DNA of 64,000 nucleotides from Daphnia carinata (Eukaryota): NCBI RefSeq assembly GCF_022539665.2, contig NC_081334.1, positions 1,054,001 to 1,118,000 of the forward strand, read 5' to 3'. Shown piece by piece: positions 53,001 to 64,000 of this stretch (position 1 is its first letter; each line of letters starts with the position of its first letter). The notes under the pieces were generated by a model. It saw only the letters and a program-made list of their open reading frames with translations, ran no database searches and was not told where the DNA came from. The position numbers and the translations under genes were made by a program.

Positions 53001-54726
53001 GTAATTTACTAGCCATTGTTTGCTTCCCACCCGCCCGACATGTTCCCTCATTAATAAAAATATTTTATTTAGGACATCTGCTGATGCCAATGCGCAAGCT
53101 GCAGTCGTCAAAAAATTGATTCGTACAAAATATGAAGAATTGGGACCTATGACATTCCACGAGTTGGCAACGTTAGTCTTATTCATTTTGTGCGTTGCAC
53201 TCTGGTTTTTCCGTGACCCGCAATTCATTACTGGATGGGCCGAATTTGTACCCGCAGTGTAATTCAGCTGAATAATTTTGTGTTGCCGCTGCTAAAATAG
53301 TTAAATTTTTTTTTTTTAAATATCTGCGCAGAGAAGTGGATGATGCCACTGCTGTGATGACCATCGTCTTGCTTCTTTTTATCATCCCCGCGAAACCGAA
53401 ATTTTGGAACTGTCACACAGGAGGTAGAATCAAAATCATTTCATTTTGATGAACGAATGGATTTTTTTTTTATCTGCTATGGTTAACAATGGTTAGAAAG
53501 AAATGAAGGGCCCAGTCCTGCCCTTCTAGAATGGAAATTGGTACAGGATAGATTACCTTGGGGAATCGTTCTCCTATTAGGTAATTTTTATTTTCACTAT
53601 GTTGATTCATTTCATACGTAATTTCCATGTCTTTCAAAGGTGGAGGCTTTGCCTTATCTGACGCCTCTAAAGCATCCGGTCTTTCATCTTGGCTTGGAGA
53701 TCAGTTAGCTGTTTTGAGTTTCCTGCCTCCGTTTGCCATCATGTTGATTATTTGCATCATGACGGCCGCCATTACTGAAGTGTACTAACATAATTATAAT
53801 TAAAATTTTACTTTTATTTGAATGGGGAATAATTTTACGTTCTTGTTTACAGAGCATCTAACACAGCGACGGCAAACGTCCTTTTGCCGATTCTAGCCGA
53901 AATGGTATGTTCTAAGCAAAGTGAAAGAGCATAGAAAGCGAACACATTCATGCTTACCAAATTTTTAAATCCTCAGGCAGTAACGATTAAAGTCAACCCG
54001 CTCTTCCTGATGTTACCTGCAACTGTAACTTGGTAAGCATAGTAGTTAAGGTTCAGGATAAGTACAAAATACTCTTTCAAAAAACCGTAAGCAAATGAAG
54101 GGTTTTCTGTGGTTCCTGTAAAACGCGTCATGAAATAATTTTTTAAAATAAGAAGTGAACACAAATTTAAAAACCATTTTACCAAGCTGTGCAGTCAATA
54201 TTCAAATCTTCAGCAAGCCGTTTCTTCAATTTGTAAGCACTGCATGGAGAAGGAGGGGTATTCTTCTCAATCCATTAGATGAAAGCAATAATTGATTCTG
54301 ATCCTTCACGAACCACTACCGTACCTAGATTTCGAAACGTAAGGAAGTGAATGACTGTGACGAAAATTAAAGTTTTTATTGCTTTCTAATTATAGTTCGT
54401 ATGCATTCATGCTACCAGTTGCCACTCCACCCAATGCAATTGTTTTCGCTGCGGGTAAAATGAATCCAGTAGATATGGTAAGCTGATAACACAGCACATG
54501 GATGCAACGTGGGCCCATTATTATATAATATCGACGTTTACTTTACGTGTAGGTGAAAGCGGGTTTACTAATGAACATAGTATGCGTCGTTGTCATTTGC
54601 CTGCTGATGGCTAGCTTTGGTAGTTTCATATTCGGTTTCGATGAATTCCCCGACTGGGCTCTGCCGCAAGTGAAAAATGCAACCATGACAACATTGTCAC
54701 AATTTTCGAACTGCACATCTCCGTGA
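50015..54726 (+). CDS. SLC13/INDY-like (DASS family) carboxylate or sulfate transporter with two alternative homologous exons
   Basis: MGLFETLRF...[62 protein letters not shown]-x-x-N-I-G-G-T-G exon(s), [49 protein letters not shown]; stop TGA at 54724-54726. Confidence 0.93.
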
Positions 54727-55418
54727 ACAAATGCGTCATGAACAATGGGAATGTAGAGAAAGACATGACGTTGGTGAGCTTGAAGTAAAAATTATTTAAA
54801 TATTAACTGTTTAATTGAACATTTTAATCACCGGTGTTCTTGTTTCAGCATACTCTGCGGTACTGGGCCATGGGTAGGTATAGACCAAGAAGGTTGATAA
54901 CCCTTTTTTAGTGTACACGACAATCAATCTATAATTGACGCTGTGTTGCATAATCTTTGCTATTTTGCTACTATCGTTAGCAAAAGCTTGCAAAAATTTA
55001 CATTCAAACCTGCATATCCAAATACATTGTTTTCTTGGAAGTTCATTCATTGAACTACGTTATGTTAAGAAAATGCAATCCCTACAGCCCAGAAAGACTG
55101 TGGTACGTATAAGTATACATACGCCTATTTATGTTTCATTTTCTGGCCATTTTTTTTTTACCCAAGCGAAACAAAATTAAGTACTGAACCCACTGCAGCA
55201 GTCATTGACACTATAATGACAAAACTGTTTATGGAACTTTGACCTGGGGCTGTGACCTTCGACACTTAACAGTCTTAAAATTTTTAGTCACTTGTTGATC
55301 AGGGTCGACTAAGTTCATCTTTTATCACTGACAACGAAGATAAAATGGAACTAGAAGATGTAAATTACTGGTAAAACACTTATTGGAAAGAACAGAACTA
55401 AGTTCATTTGCTGCAAAA

Positions 55419-57153
55419 ATGAATGTGAAACAGTTGTGCGGGTTTTTTCTTCCCATTTTGAAAATAACGATAATTTCAGTGTGGCGTAGGTTCCTCAATC
55501 GATTAAACGTACCCACAGTGAAAATAGACAGGCAACTTTTTACTCTTTTAATGGTTCTTGTGGTCGGATACTATTTAGCATTGGTTCAACTGCACATTCT
55601 GCTGTGGGCGTGGCTGATGAGCAAAGATCGTCTGCATTTTTGGAAGCCTAGAGAGAGAAGTTCACCTCCAGCTTGTCTTGTAAGTTCATCTCTCGGACGC
55701 CATTGCTATGCCAATCTCCAGGTAACTTCCAGCTATTTAATTCCGAGAAATTTTGCTTGTTGGAATGTTGGAAGCCGAAGTAGAGACCAAGTAGGACTCT
55801 TGATGTAAAGCTTAGCCAATCTGTTAGTCGTTATGTCGTATTACACATTCAGAGCTAGCGACAACTTAAACATATATCTAGTGACAAGTTCCTCATGAAG
55901 AGCAGTTTTAGTATGATTGGCAAGAAAAGCAAAAATGACATTTAAAGAACTAAGGAAACGCGAAATTGCTGATCACTAATTACACGTAGGGTATTAGACT
56001 GCATTATGTTGAAGTTGGTGACCGAAAAAAGCCTATGCTTCTTTGCCTGCATGGCTTTGCCGAAACTTGGTACTCGTGGAAACATCAGCTACGTGCCTTT
56101 TCAAAAACGCATTGGTGAGTTCTCGTAGCAATTTAAAATAATGTGCTACAGTCACATTTGCTATTAAATTTGATCTCAATAATTTTTATTTCTCTAAAAT
56201 TCACGCATAGGGTAATTGCCGTAGACATGCGCGGTTATGGAGATTCGGACAAGCCCCATAGGACGGACGAGTATGATTTACGGATCGTCATAGACGATAT
56301 TCGTCAATTGATTTCGAAACTAGGTTTGTATTAACTGTTAAGGACTACATTTAATTCTATTTGTAGTTCTTTTATAGTGTGCTTTATCCTCTTTTGTGCT
56401 TGTGCATGAACAGGAAAGGAAACATGTGTGCTGATGGGGCATGGCTGGGGTGCAGGAATTGGTTGGTTTTTTGCTGCTATTTATCCTAATATGCTGACTC
56501 ATTTCATTGCTCTAAGCTGTCCACATCCGGCAACATTAAAATACTACTTTTCCTATTCCTGGAGACGACCTTTTATTTTATGGTTGATAGCAAATTTACA
56601 TTATTATCTTGAATTTCCGTACTGGAAATGATTTTGTACTTAATTGTATCCTTAGGGATATGTTTTTCTTCCAAGCAAGGTGCATTCCTGAACTCGTTTT
56701 GCAATCTCAAGATAATCTTGTCATGGAAAGGATTGCAAAAATAGGCTGCACTACTAGAGAAGAAACGATTCAAGAAATGGAAGCATACAAATACTATTTC
56801 GGCAAGCCAGGTATACGACAAAGATTAATTAACATGTAGAATGAGGAAACGGGAATAGTCGTAACATCGTTTTTACAGATGCTTGGAGAGGACCGCTGAA
56901 TTATTATCGTCGATTGTTCCATCCTGGGTCGCTAATGTGGATGACCAAGTCTCAGCTACGTGTGCGAGTACCAACGCTGCTTGTATTTGGCAAGAGGGAA
57001 CCAAATTTCTGTCAAAGACTGATCTCTAGTTGTTCAGAACATGTCGATCGAATTGACTTTCATGTTATTGAAAGTGCGTCGCATTGGGTTCAAAAAGAAA
57101 CACCAGACAAAGTCAATATTATTTTAGCAAAATTTCTAAATTCTAACCTCTAA
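55419..57153 (+). CDS. Epoxide hydrolase 3/4-like alpha/beta hydrolase with an N-terminal membrane anchor; nucleophile Asp replaced by Gly
   Basis: N-terminal TM, RSSPPACL, LHYVEVGDRKKPMLLCLHGFAETWYSWKHQL, VIAVDMRGYGDSDKP, LMGHGWGAGIGW, GPLNYYR, VPTLLVFG, ASHWVQKETPDKVN. Confidence 0.87.
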
Positions 57154-57868
57154 CGTGATTTGTGTCACTTCTACTTTGGTACTCACCATTTAAAAAAGTT
57201 ACGTTATTGCTTAAATTAAAATTTGAAGTTCTTCCATCGTACTCTCTGCCAAGCTAACTAGTTTGCTTTTTGAAACCAGTCGTTGCAATAGAACCGAGAA
57301 CTGCCTTCATGTCCATAAGCCACCAAATTTGACATACTATAAGCTTTTCTTTGTAATATTGCGGTAACGCCATCATAGGGTTGTTTGGCTAACACAATGC
57401 ACTCCCTCCAAGGGTATTCAAGTTGTCCTATTTTACTTATGTCGAAAAGGCTAGATTTTTACCTTGTGTATTGCTGACACCGCCAATGAAATACCACTAA
57501 AATAATAATTATTGTTAAAGTATTAATTATTATTATGGAATAAACCGGGTGTTTGGTCGAATTTGAAATGTGTTGTTTCTTTGAACGCTAGATACACCGT
57601 ATGTGTGATAATGTAATTCTTGCCTAATCAGTTGCTAGGCAACGGTGCGTACGTACTGGCGCGTTAGTGTTTGTGGCATATTTCAAAAACAGTTGATTTT
57701 ATGAAAAAAGTAGAAATTTTCTCGGAATCAGCATTCAATTTTTAGTAAATCCTGTGATATTCAACCAATTCCGATGAGTGTCTGTTTTTGCAGAAAAAAT
57801 TTTTAAGCCCGACTAAATAAGCCCGACTTTCCTTATTCTGTCGTTTTCTACTTTTAACTAGACTGTCG

Positions 57869-58126
57869 GAATCAAGATGGCACTGCTGGCGAGGCTATTT
57901 TCACGACAACTATGGTAGCTAACCTCTAACCTAACGTAACTTAGCTAACTTAATGTAACCTAACCTAACCTAACCTAACTTAACTTAACGTAAACTAACC
58001 TTCCTTAGCCTATTATAAAAAAAATTATTTATTTATCACTGTCTGCAACACATTCTACGAGCGCCATCTGGATTCGGGGGGCAATAGACAAAATGCTATT
58101 ACCCCCCGGATTCTGGGTGGCAATAG
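57869..58126. repeat. Degenerate (TAACC)n tract between imperfect inverted repeats, followed by a GC-rich palindrome; probable transposon end or MITE-like element
   Basis: GAATCAAGATGGCACT (57869-57884) vs the reverse complement of 58060-58075 (GAATCCAGATGGCGCT), 14/16 match. TAACC-like units 57920-58000. GGGGGGCAATAG / CTATTACCCCCC hairpin 58076-58107. Confidence 0.55.
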
Positions 58127-60547
58127 ATTTTTCCATAAAACATTGTGATAAAATATTTCGTATAATTGTAATATAATGAAGTAGGTAGTTGTTGGTGTTG
58201 GGTATGTTATTTAAGTTTGTATACATATTTCAGTTTGAGTTACACTTATTTTTCTTAGGTGTTCCTGCCGGCCGGGGTTATTGCTTCAAAGTTAGGGACG
58301 TGCTGTTGGTGAGACATCGCTGCTGTCGTGCTGTTGACATGTGCATCTCAATGGCGTTTGGGGTGAGGATATGTTGTATAGTTTTTATGACGATGGACGG
58401 TGATGGTTGGTTTTTAACATCTGCGATAGTTCGGTAGTGCATTTTTGCTTAATGTCCTGCTTTTTCGGTTCCTTCATGGTGTCTTAGGCACTAATGGTGA
58501 GAAATGTAATTGTGAATTTCTGTGACAAAAGCCCTAGCCAAAAGTTGCTGAAAGGGGTCAAAAGGGTACTGACACTTTCGAGCTTTAATGCAAATCTAGA
58601 GAAGCCTTTGTTGTCTACCTTTCAGATCATTTATTTGTGATTATTCATTCTAATTGATGGTATTTTAAAGCATGATTGTGTCCACATAGTAGCAAGGTAC
58701 TAGCTATCGGTGTACTGTTTTGGCGGAGGTGATAAAATTGTATATTGTTGTGTGGAATTTCTGCTTTTTAGGTGGAGGCAGGGTGAATTTAAACTTGAAT
58801 TGTTGAAGTGTGCTGGAATGTGTTTTGGTTGGCCTATATTTGTTCCTTGGTTTGTTTTCTTTGAAGTGTTTTTACGGTAGTAGTTCTTCCCTAACTATTT
58901 TTATTGAATTAATGTTCTGATTTAAGTATTTTTTTGTGTGTTGTTTCATGGGAAACTTTTTGTAGATGATTCATGATGTTCACACACAGAAAAATGCCTG
59001 GTGATTTGAGCAAAGATCTGCAGTTGAAACATTGGTATTACAGAATTCTTTTTTCAGGCTTGCTTGAACCAATGATGGCTAATGTTTCCGAATGGAAACC
59101 TTATCATGGCACTTCGTCTGTTGCAGGTCGTGAGTTCATCTGCATAGTACAAACATCCTAGCTGATAGTAGGAAGAGGAGACATTTGAAACTGTTATAAG
59201 AGGTTGTGGCCGACTGTGTGTCCATCTGATCTAACCTAACATTTTCTCCGTGCTAAGCATTGGCAGTGTGCTGGCAGAAGTGATATGGAAAATAGCACAA
59301 ATACTTTGCCGATCTATATTCCATACACAAACTGAAAACCTTTTGCGATTGCTACAAAATTCTGAAATTTCTGCTGCTTGTGGGCGTTAAATCTAATAAT
59401 TCATTCGTCATGGTTGTTGCGAATAGTAGCGTACTTCCTGGCGCAATGCGTTTTACTGATATTAGGTAATGTTATTTTTTTTTATCTGTCATGTCAGTAA
59501 AATTGGTTGAATTCGTTAATGTTACTGAGTCTATTTAGTGTGATTTTTTTCACTTGATCTTTCTCATTTACATTTTTTTGCGTTCCTTTGTTTAGAATTG
59601 GTTGTATGCAATGCAATGGCTTTGTGCATAATGAAGCAGCTTCTGCTATCCATAAGGCAATTCCTTCGGGGTTACATTCGTGCAGTGATACGTGAGTCTA
59701 CACTAATCATCACTCGAAAATGTACGGAGCCAGCTTGCTTTCTTTAGCATCTGGTATTTGTGAAAAAAGCTCAACTCCGCATAGAGAACAGTAAAGTGGT
59801 GCGGTGATGATTGGAGAAGAGATGGTAACGTTAATTGAAAAATTGTGGTCAAGGAGTGTACAATTCCCTGACCACTTGAAGTTAATGGAAAATTGCGCTG
59901 ATCTCATGGACAACCTTATGCTAGGGCATAAAGGAAGAGGAGGAGTACATGGAAGAGAGTTGTGGTAACGGCATTTTCAATCGGTATTTTTCTTTTCCAC
60001 CATTTGTATTCCAGCATGTTTTCTTCTTAGATGATGGGGACTTTTCTCAGTGGGGAAATGATTTATTCCTGCGGATGTATTTCTGGTTATTCATCTAGAA
60101 TTGACCGATGGTGTTCGCAGTTAGCAGAGTTCGTCCTTCAATCTCCGCTATCTTCCTCACATGTAAGTTTGTACAAGCATGCGTTATTCTGGTTTTCATT
60201 GTTGTAAGTTTTTCTATTTTAAATAAGTTTATTCAATATCCAGGAAAGTTAGTTGTAATGACGATAAATTCGTCCAAATAAGATAATTTGAAAAAAGTTT
60301 ACCCATGTTGCAATTTACGCATTTTCTGACAGGATTATATTTGCCATCCGATTTATTCCTTTCATGTTTGGGGTGTGGAAAAAATTTATGTCATATGTAT
60401 TGATCTCAGAAGCTGAAGTAACCCAACGCTTCATGTTCAGTGTTAACAGATAAAAAGTTCATGGAGTTGTGATAGGGGAGTGTTTACGTAGTATCAAATG
60501 TAAGCAAAATTGGTGGCGGCAATAATATGCGAAAAAAAGAAACATTT

Positions 60548-60740
60548 GGGAAAATCCAAAGGATAGAACGTGAATATTTGATAAAACTTCACTTGTTGAC
60601 GTTTACCAAATGGTAAATAACAAGCCAGCGGTTTTAGCATAGCCGTCTTAAGAAAAGCAACCAACTACGTCACAAAAATTTACAAGATCAATAGGTCAAG
60701 CCTTTATAAAAACCTCCTAGCAATAGCTTTCAGACAGTAT
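60548..60740 (+). promoter_or_regulatory. TATA promoter with kB-like and GATA motifs upstream of the orphan secreted gene
   Basis: GGGAAAATCC 60548-60557, TGATAA 60579-60584, TATAAAA 60705-60711, initiator-like TCAGA/ACAGT ~60730-60738, ATG at 60766. Confidence 0.5.
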
Positions 60741-60765
60741 CTGACGTTAACATATTGAAATCAAA

Positions 60766-62323
60766 ATGAGTCCAATGTCGTCGCCGTTCCTGGGGCGTTG
60801 CGTTGTTTCTTTGGCTGGTAACGTTACTAAATATTTTATTTTCTATGTACGTAACATCGTATTATATTATTAGTTATATTGTCATGTTGGCTTTCATTCA
60901 GCAGAGGTTTATAAGTTATTTTTCCATTTTAAAAAAGTAGTGTATTTACTCTATACTGAAGTGAGTAAAACTAATTGTTTTATTTGTTTAGTGATGATTG
61001 TAAATTTTGGATCGATGGTTCCAGCCGCTCCAGTTAGTGATCGACTACAAGAAATGTTAACAGCTATACAACCTTCCTTCAGCCAAGGACTTATTGATTT
61101 GTCAAACTTGTTTGATTTCGTTACGGAACAAGAAGAACCGAATTTTATTTTACATGAAGATGACAATATTACGCTATCCATACAAAACACCATTCAATCA
61201 GCGTCAAATTCCCTGAATGAAACGGAGGCCATCACCAATCATCATATACAATTGTATGAGGTTAGTTTGCTTTCTTTGACCTCTGATATTTCCGCTAAAG
61301 AATATCAACTCCGTAACGACACAAATGAGCTGGAGTTTTTGATAACTGAAAGTAATAAATGGCAAGTTGAAGCAGATAAGCTTCAAAAGGAAGCAACAGA
61401 ACTCGATAATAAAGCGCGTGAGTTGGAACAGAAAGCTCATCACACTCAACAGAGGATGGACAAAAGGGTAAGAAACAGGTGGAAGTGGATTACTGCAACA
61501 ATACTTACTGCTGGTCAGTTAAAACTTGAATAAGTGGTAGAGATTTTAATTTTTAACATTATTTATTCTTAACTGAATATACACAGGTTTAGCATCGCCT
61601 GGACTTGTCATTGGTGAGGTTGAAAGAGGAATTTTCGAAAGAGATCGTAATAATGCGCGCAGTCAAGCTAATGAAAGACTACAGTTACTAAGGATAGTAC
61701 AAGGCAATCTTAAAGATATTTCAACTCGGCAACAAACCACAATAGAGTCCATAAATAAAACACGGGCAAGTCTTGCATCTGCCCAAACGCTCCTGGATCA
61801 AATGCGGCTGCAATATTCAGTTTTGGCAAGTCTTGGTGTCCAGATTCGGAACGTTTCCACATTCTTGACGCTGTTGAATGGAGAAATGGGTGTTCTGCAT
61901 GGTCAGCAACAACTATTGGTCCTGTTTACCCCTTTGTTGGAATCTGTTGACAGCCTAGTAACTTTTCTGGAGAACAATGCCAATATGGTAGTTTCACTGA
62001 GTGAGCAGGAAGCGTTGACGAAAATTCGTGAATATCTTTCGCAAAACGTAATACCTCGATTGGAAACTGAAAAAAAGTGTGCACTCCGTGAAATAAGTAA
62101 CAACGATACAAGAACAGAACAATTTGAACATCTTGGTTTGAGCAATAAGCAGTTTCAACTTGATCAGCAATCCAACTCTGAACTGCAAGTAAAACTTCTA
62201 AATGAATCGAATGTGGATCTTGAACAATCTCAAACAGAAGCTGAAAATGTTTTGTGCCAACTTTTATTATTAGAAAATCAACTCCAAATAAATGAAACTT
62301 TTGGTTCGGCAGATAAATTGTGA
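60766..62323 (+). CDS. Uncharacterised secreted coiled-coil protein (~436 aa) with a central hydrophobic segment
   Basis: Three exons 60766-60817, 60992-61513, 61587-62323 with GT-AG ends and matching phase 1 join into one 1311-nt ORF. Signal-peptide-like N-terminus (MSPMSSPFLGRCVVSLAVMIVNFGSMVPA), heptad-rich helices and several N-x-S/T sequons. Confidence 0.8.
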
Positions 62324-64000
62324 CGTAATAGGCACAACCAGAACGTTTTTCTGACCGATTTCACCATTAGCAATTTACGCATTGTCGTTGTTGTTCCCTA
62401 TGCTTTTTTAGGTAATGTAACGGATCTGGCAAACAAACGGGATTGCCGAAAGAAATCGTTGTTCATGTTTCACTAACAATTCCGTTAATTAATTCATATA
62501 CATCTGATTTTTGTGAACAGCAGCATGAAGAATTTCACTTCGTTCCCACAATTAATTCCCATAAATAAACCATTTCAGTCCAATTTCAAATAAAATTTAG
62601 CTTCAAAATTAAACTAATTAATTTTCATCAACATCAATCAATCAAAAATAAAATGCAGGTATGGGCCACATTACTTGTGGCGTTCGTTGCGGACCTTTGG
62701 CGAACCCTTTAAGTCCAGCGCTCAGCCAACTTCTCTTGTTTCAGTAAAATGTGAGCTCGTTTTTGCAGCAGAAGATACAGGAAAATAACAAAAATTAAGA
62801 TTTGAAAAATTAACATGTAATCCAATTTTTATACTTTTTTATGTAACACAAATGTTTTATACATGGACAGAAGATGAAGCAAGAAGAAACCATGAGGGCT
62901 CCAATCTCAGTGAGTTTCAACATCCTTGGTCACCAAGGAAATGTTCTTCCCTTTCAACCAACAGCCTGTAACATACCTGACCTATAATAACATTGTTGGC
63001 AACTCGTATCGGAAACATATCAAAAGTAACTAAAGCCTTTTGATACATCAAATTGCAAATCAAAAACTTTCATCAAGTTTATTATTTAGATGCCAATCTG
63101 AAAGTACACCAAAGTTGTATGTCATTTCCACTGCTCGACCAAGCACACGAACAATTATGGTAACACGTCACATAACAGTAATTATATCACTGGAATAAAA
63201 TGAAAAAAATATAATTGCACAATTTCATACACAGATGCTTTTAGGTTTTACTCAACAATGTCTTAACTTATTTTCTAGTAAAATTGGCAAATGAAGTAAA
63301 GAAATTTAAGTCAGAATCTACATACCATAAAGAACGGTGCTTCCTGCTGTGGCCGTAGGACGAAGTACTGCTGCAAAGAAAGATACTTACATGACTGTGA
63401 ATTGCTGTGCTACCTGCCGTCATTATATACGCGACGGCGTATATACTGTATGCTTCACATTCTACCTTGACCTTTTGCAGTGACCTGGACTAGAAGAATA
63501 ACCTTAGGCAATTCTATTACAGAGAATAAAATACCCTCTGGCTCTTTAATTGCAGATCTGCCGTGTTTGGTGCTATAATGGTGTTTCAGGCCTTGGAACG
63601 TGGATTTGAAAAAAAAAAATTCACATGCTAGGCACCTTTCGTAATTTTTGGATATACCGATCGCACACCATCACGGCTGAGTATTAACATTTGATTTTTT
63701 CTCTTTGCTGGTTTAGTCTAGTCATACATGGTAATTATACCGATATCTATCGCCCAACTAGGCGACCCACAAATGGACTTTCTGTAATTGTTCCCTAAGT
63801 ACGAGACGGGATACGAAAATCCCTTTATTTTAAATGGCTAGGCTGACGAAAAACTAATCTATTTTTGGAAATCAGCGTTCAATTCTGAATAAAATGTATG
63901 ATTTTCGTTGAATTCCACGAGGTGTCGTTTTGGGGGAATTTTGACAAAAGTGAGAAGGGTATAGCCTTCCCACTTTTCATTTTTGGCAAAATTCTAGATA

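Noticed and set aside
62650..63500. Exon-like minus-strand fragments near the right edge
   Set aside because: Stops in all frames tried and no identifiable product; may be a degraded repeat.
1..64000. CRISPR arrays, operons, prokaryotic defence systems, rRNA/tRNA genes; most short ORFs in the six-frame track
   Set aside because: The sequence is spliced eukaryotic DNA with no repeat-spacer arrays or RNA-gene consensus. The short ORFs are antisense or off-frame shadows of exons, or low-complexity noise.

Overview
Eukaryotic, AT-rich, gene-dense DNA with mostly 55-90 nt GT-AG introns. The gene set and architecture suggest a compact arthropod genome, probably a Daphnia-like cladoceran (inference). 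Gene order: NPC1-like (-, runs off the left edge), about 10 kb with no confident CDS, SLC35F-like (+), NDUFA4 (-), MSL2 (-), SLC35C2 (+), CWC25-like lacking its N-terminus (-), pyruvate dehydrogenase phosphatase (+), RFC5 (-), KSR (+) and an M14B carboxypeptidase (-). A ~9.4 kb tandem duplication (30376-39784 / 39792-49206) then gives a 5'-truncated second KSR and a full second carboxypeptidase. After it come an SLC13/INDY-like transporter (+), an EPHX3/4-like hydrolase (+), a (TAACC)n inverted-repeat element with a decayed ORF, and an orphan secreted coiled-coil protein (+). Top observations: (1) two homologous, probably mutually exclusive exons encoding the substrate/Na+-site loop of the SLC13 transporter; (2) the orphan protein has an alpha-pore-forming-toxin-like layout and a kB/GATA/TATA promoter; (3) a snap-back hairpin insertion at the duplication junction; (4) short patches of ~20% mostly synonymous divergence between otherwise near-identical duplicate copies; (5) loss of the CWC25 N-terminus and a nucleophile-less epoxide hydrolase. 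All calls are from manual reading; no database searches were run.
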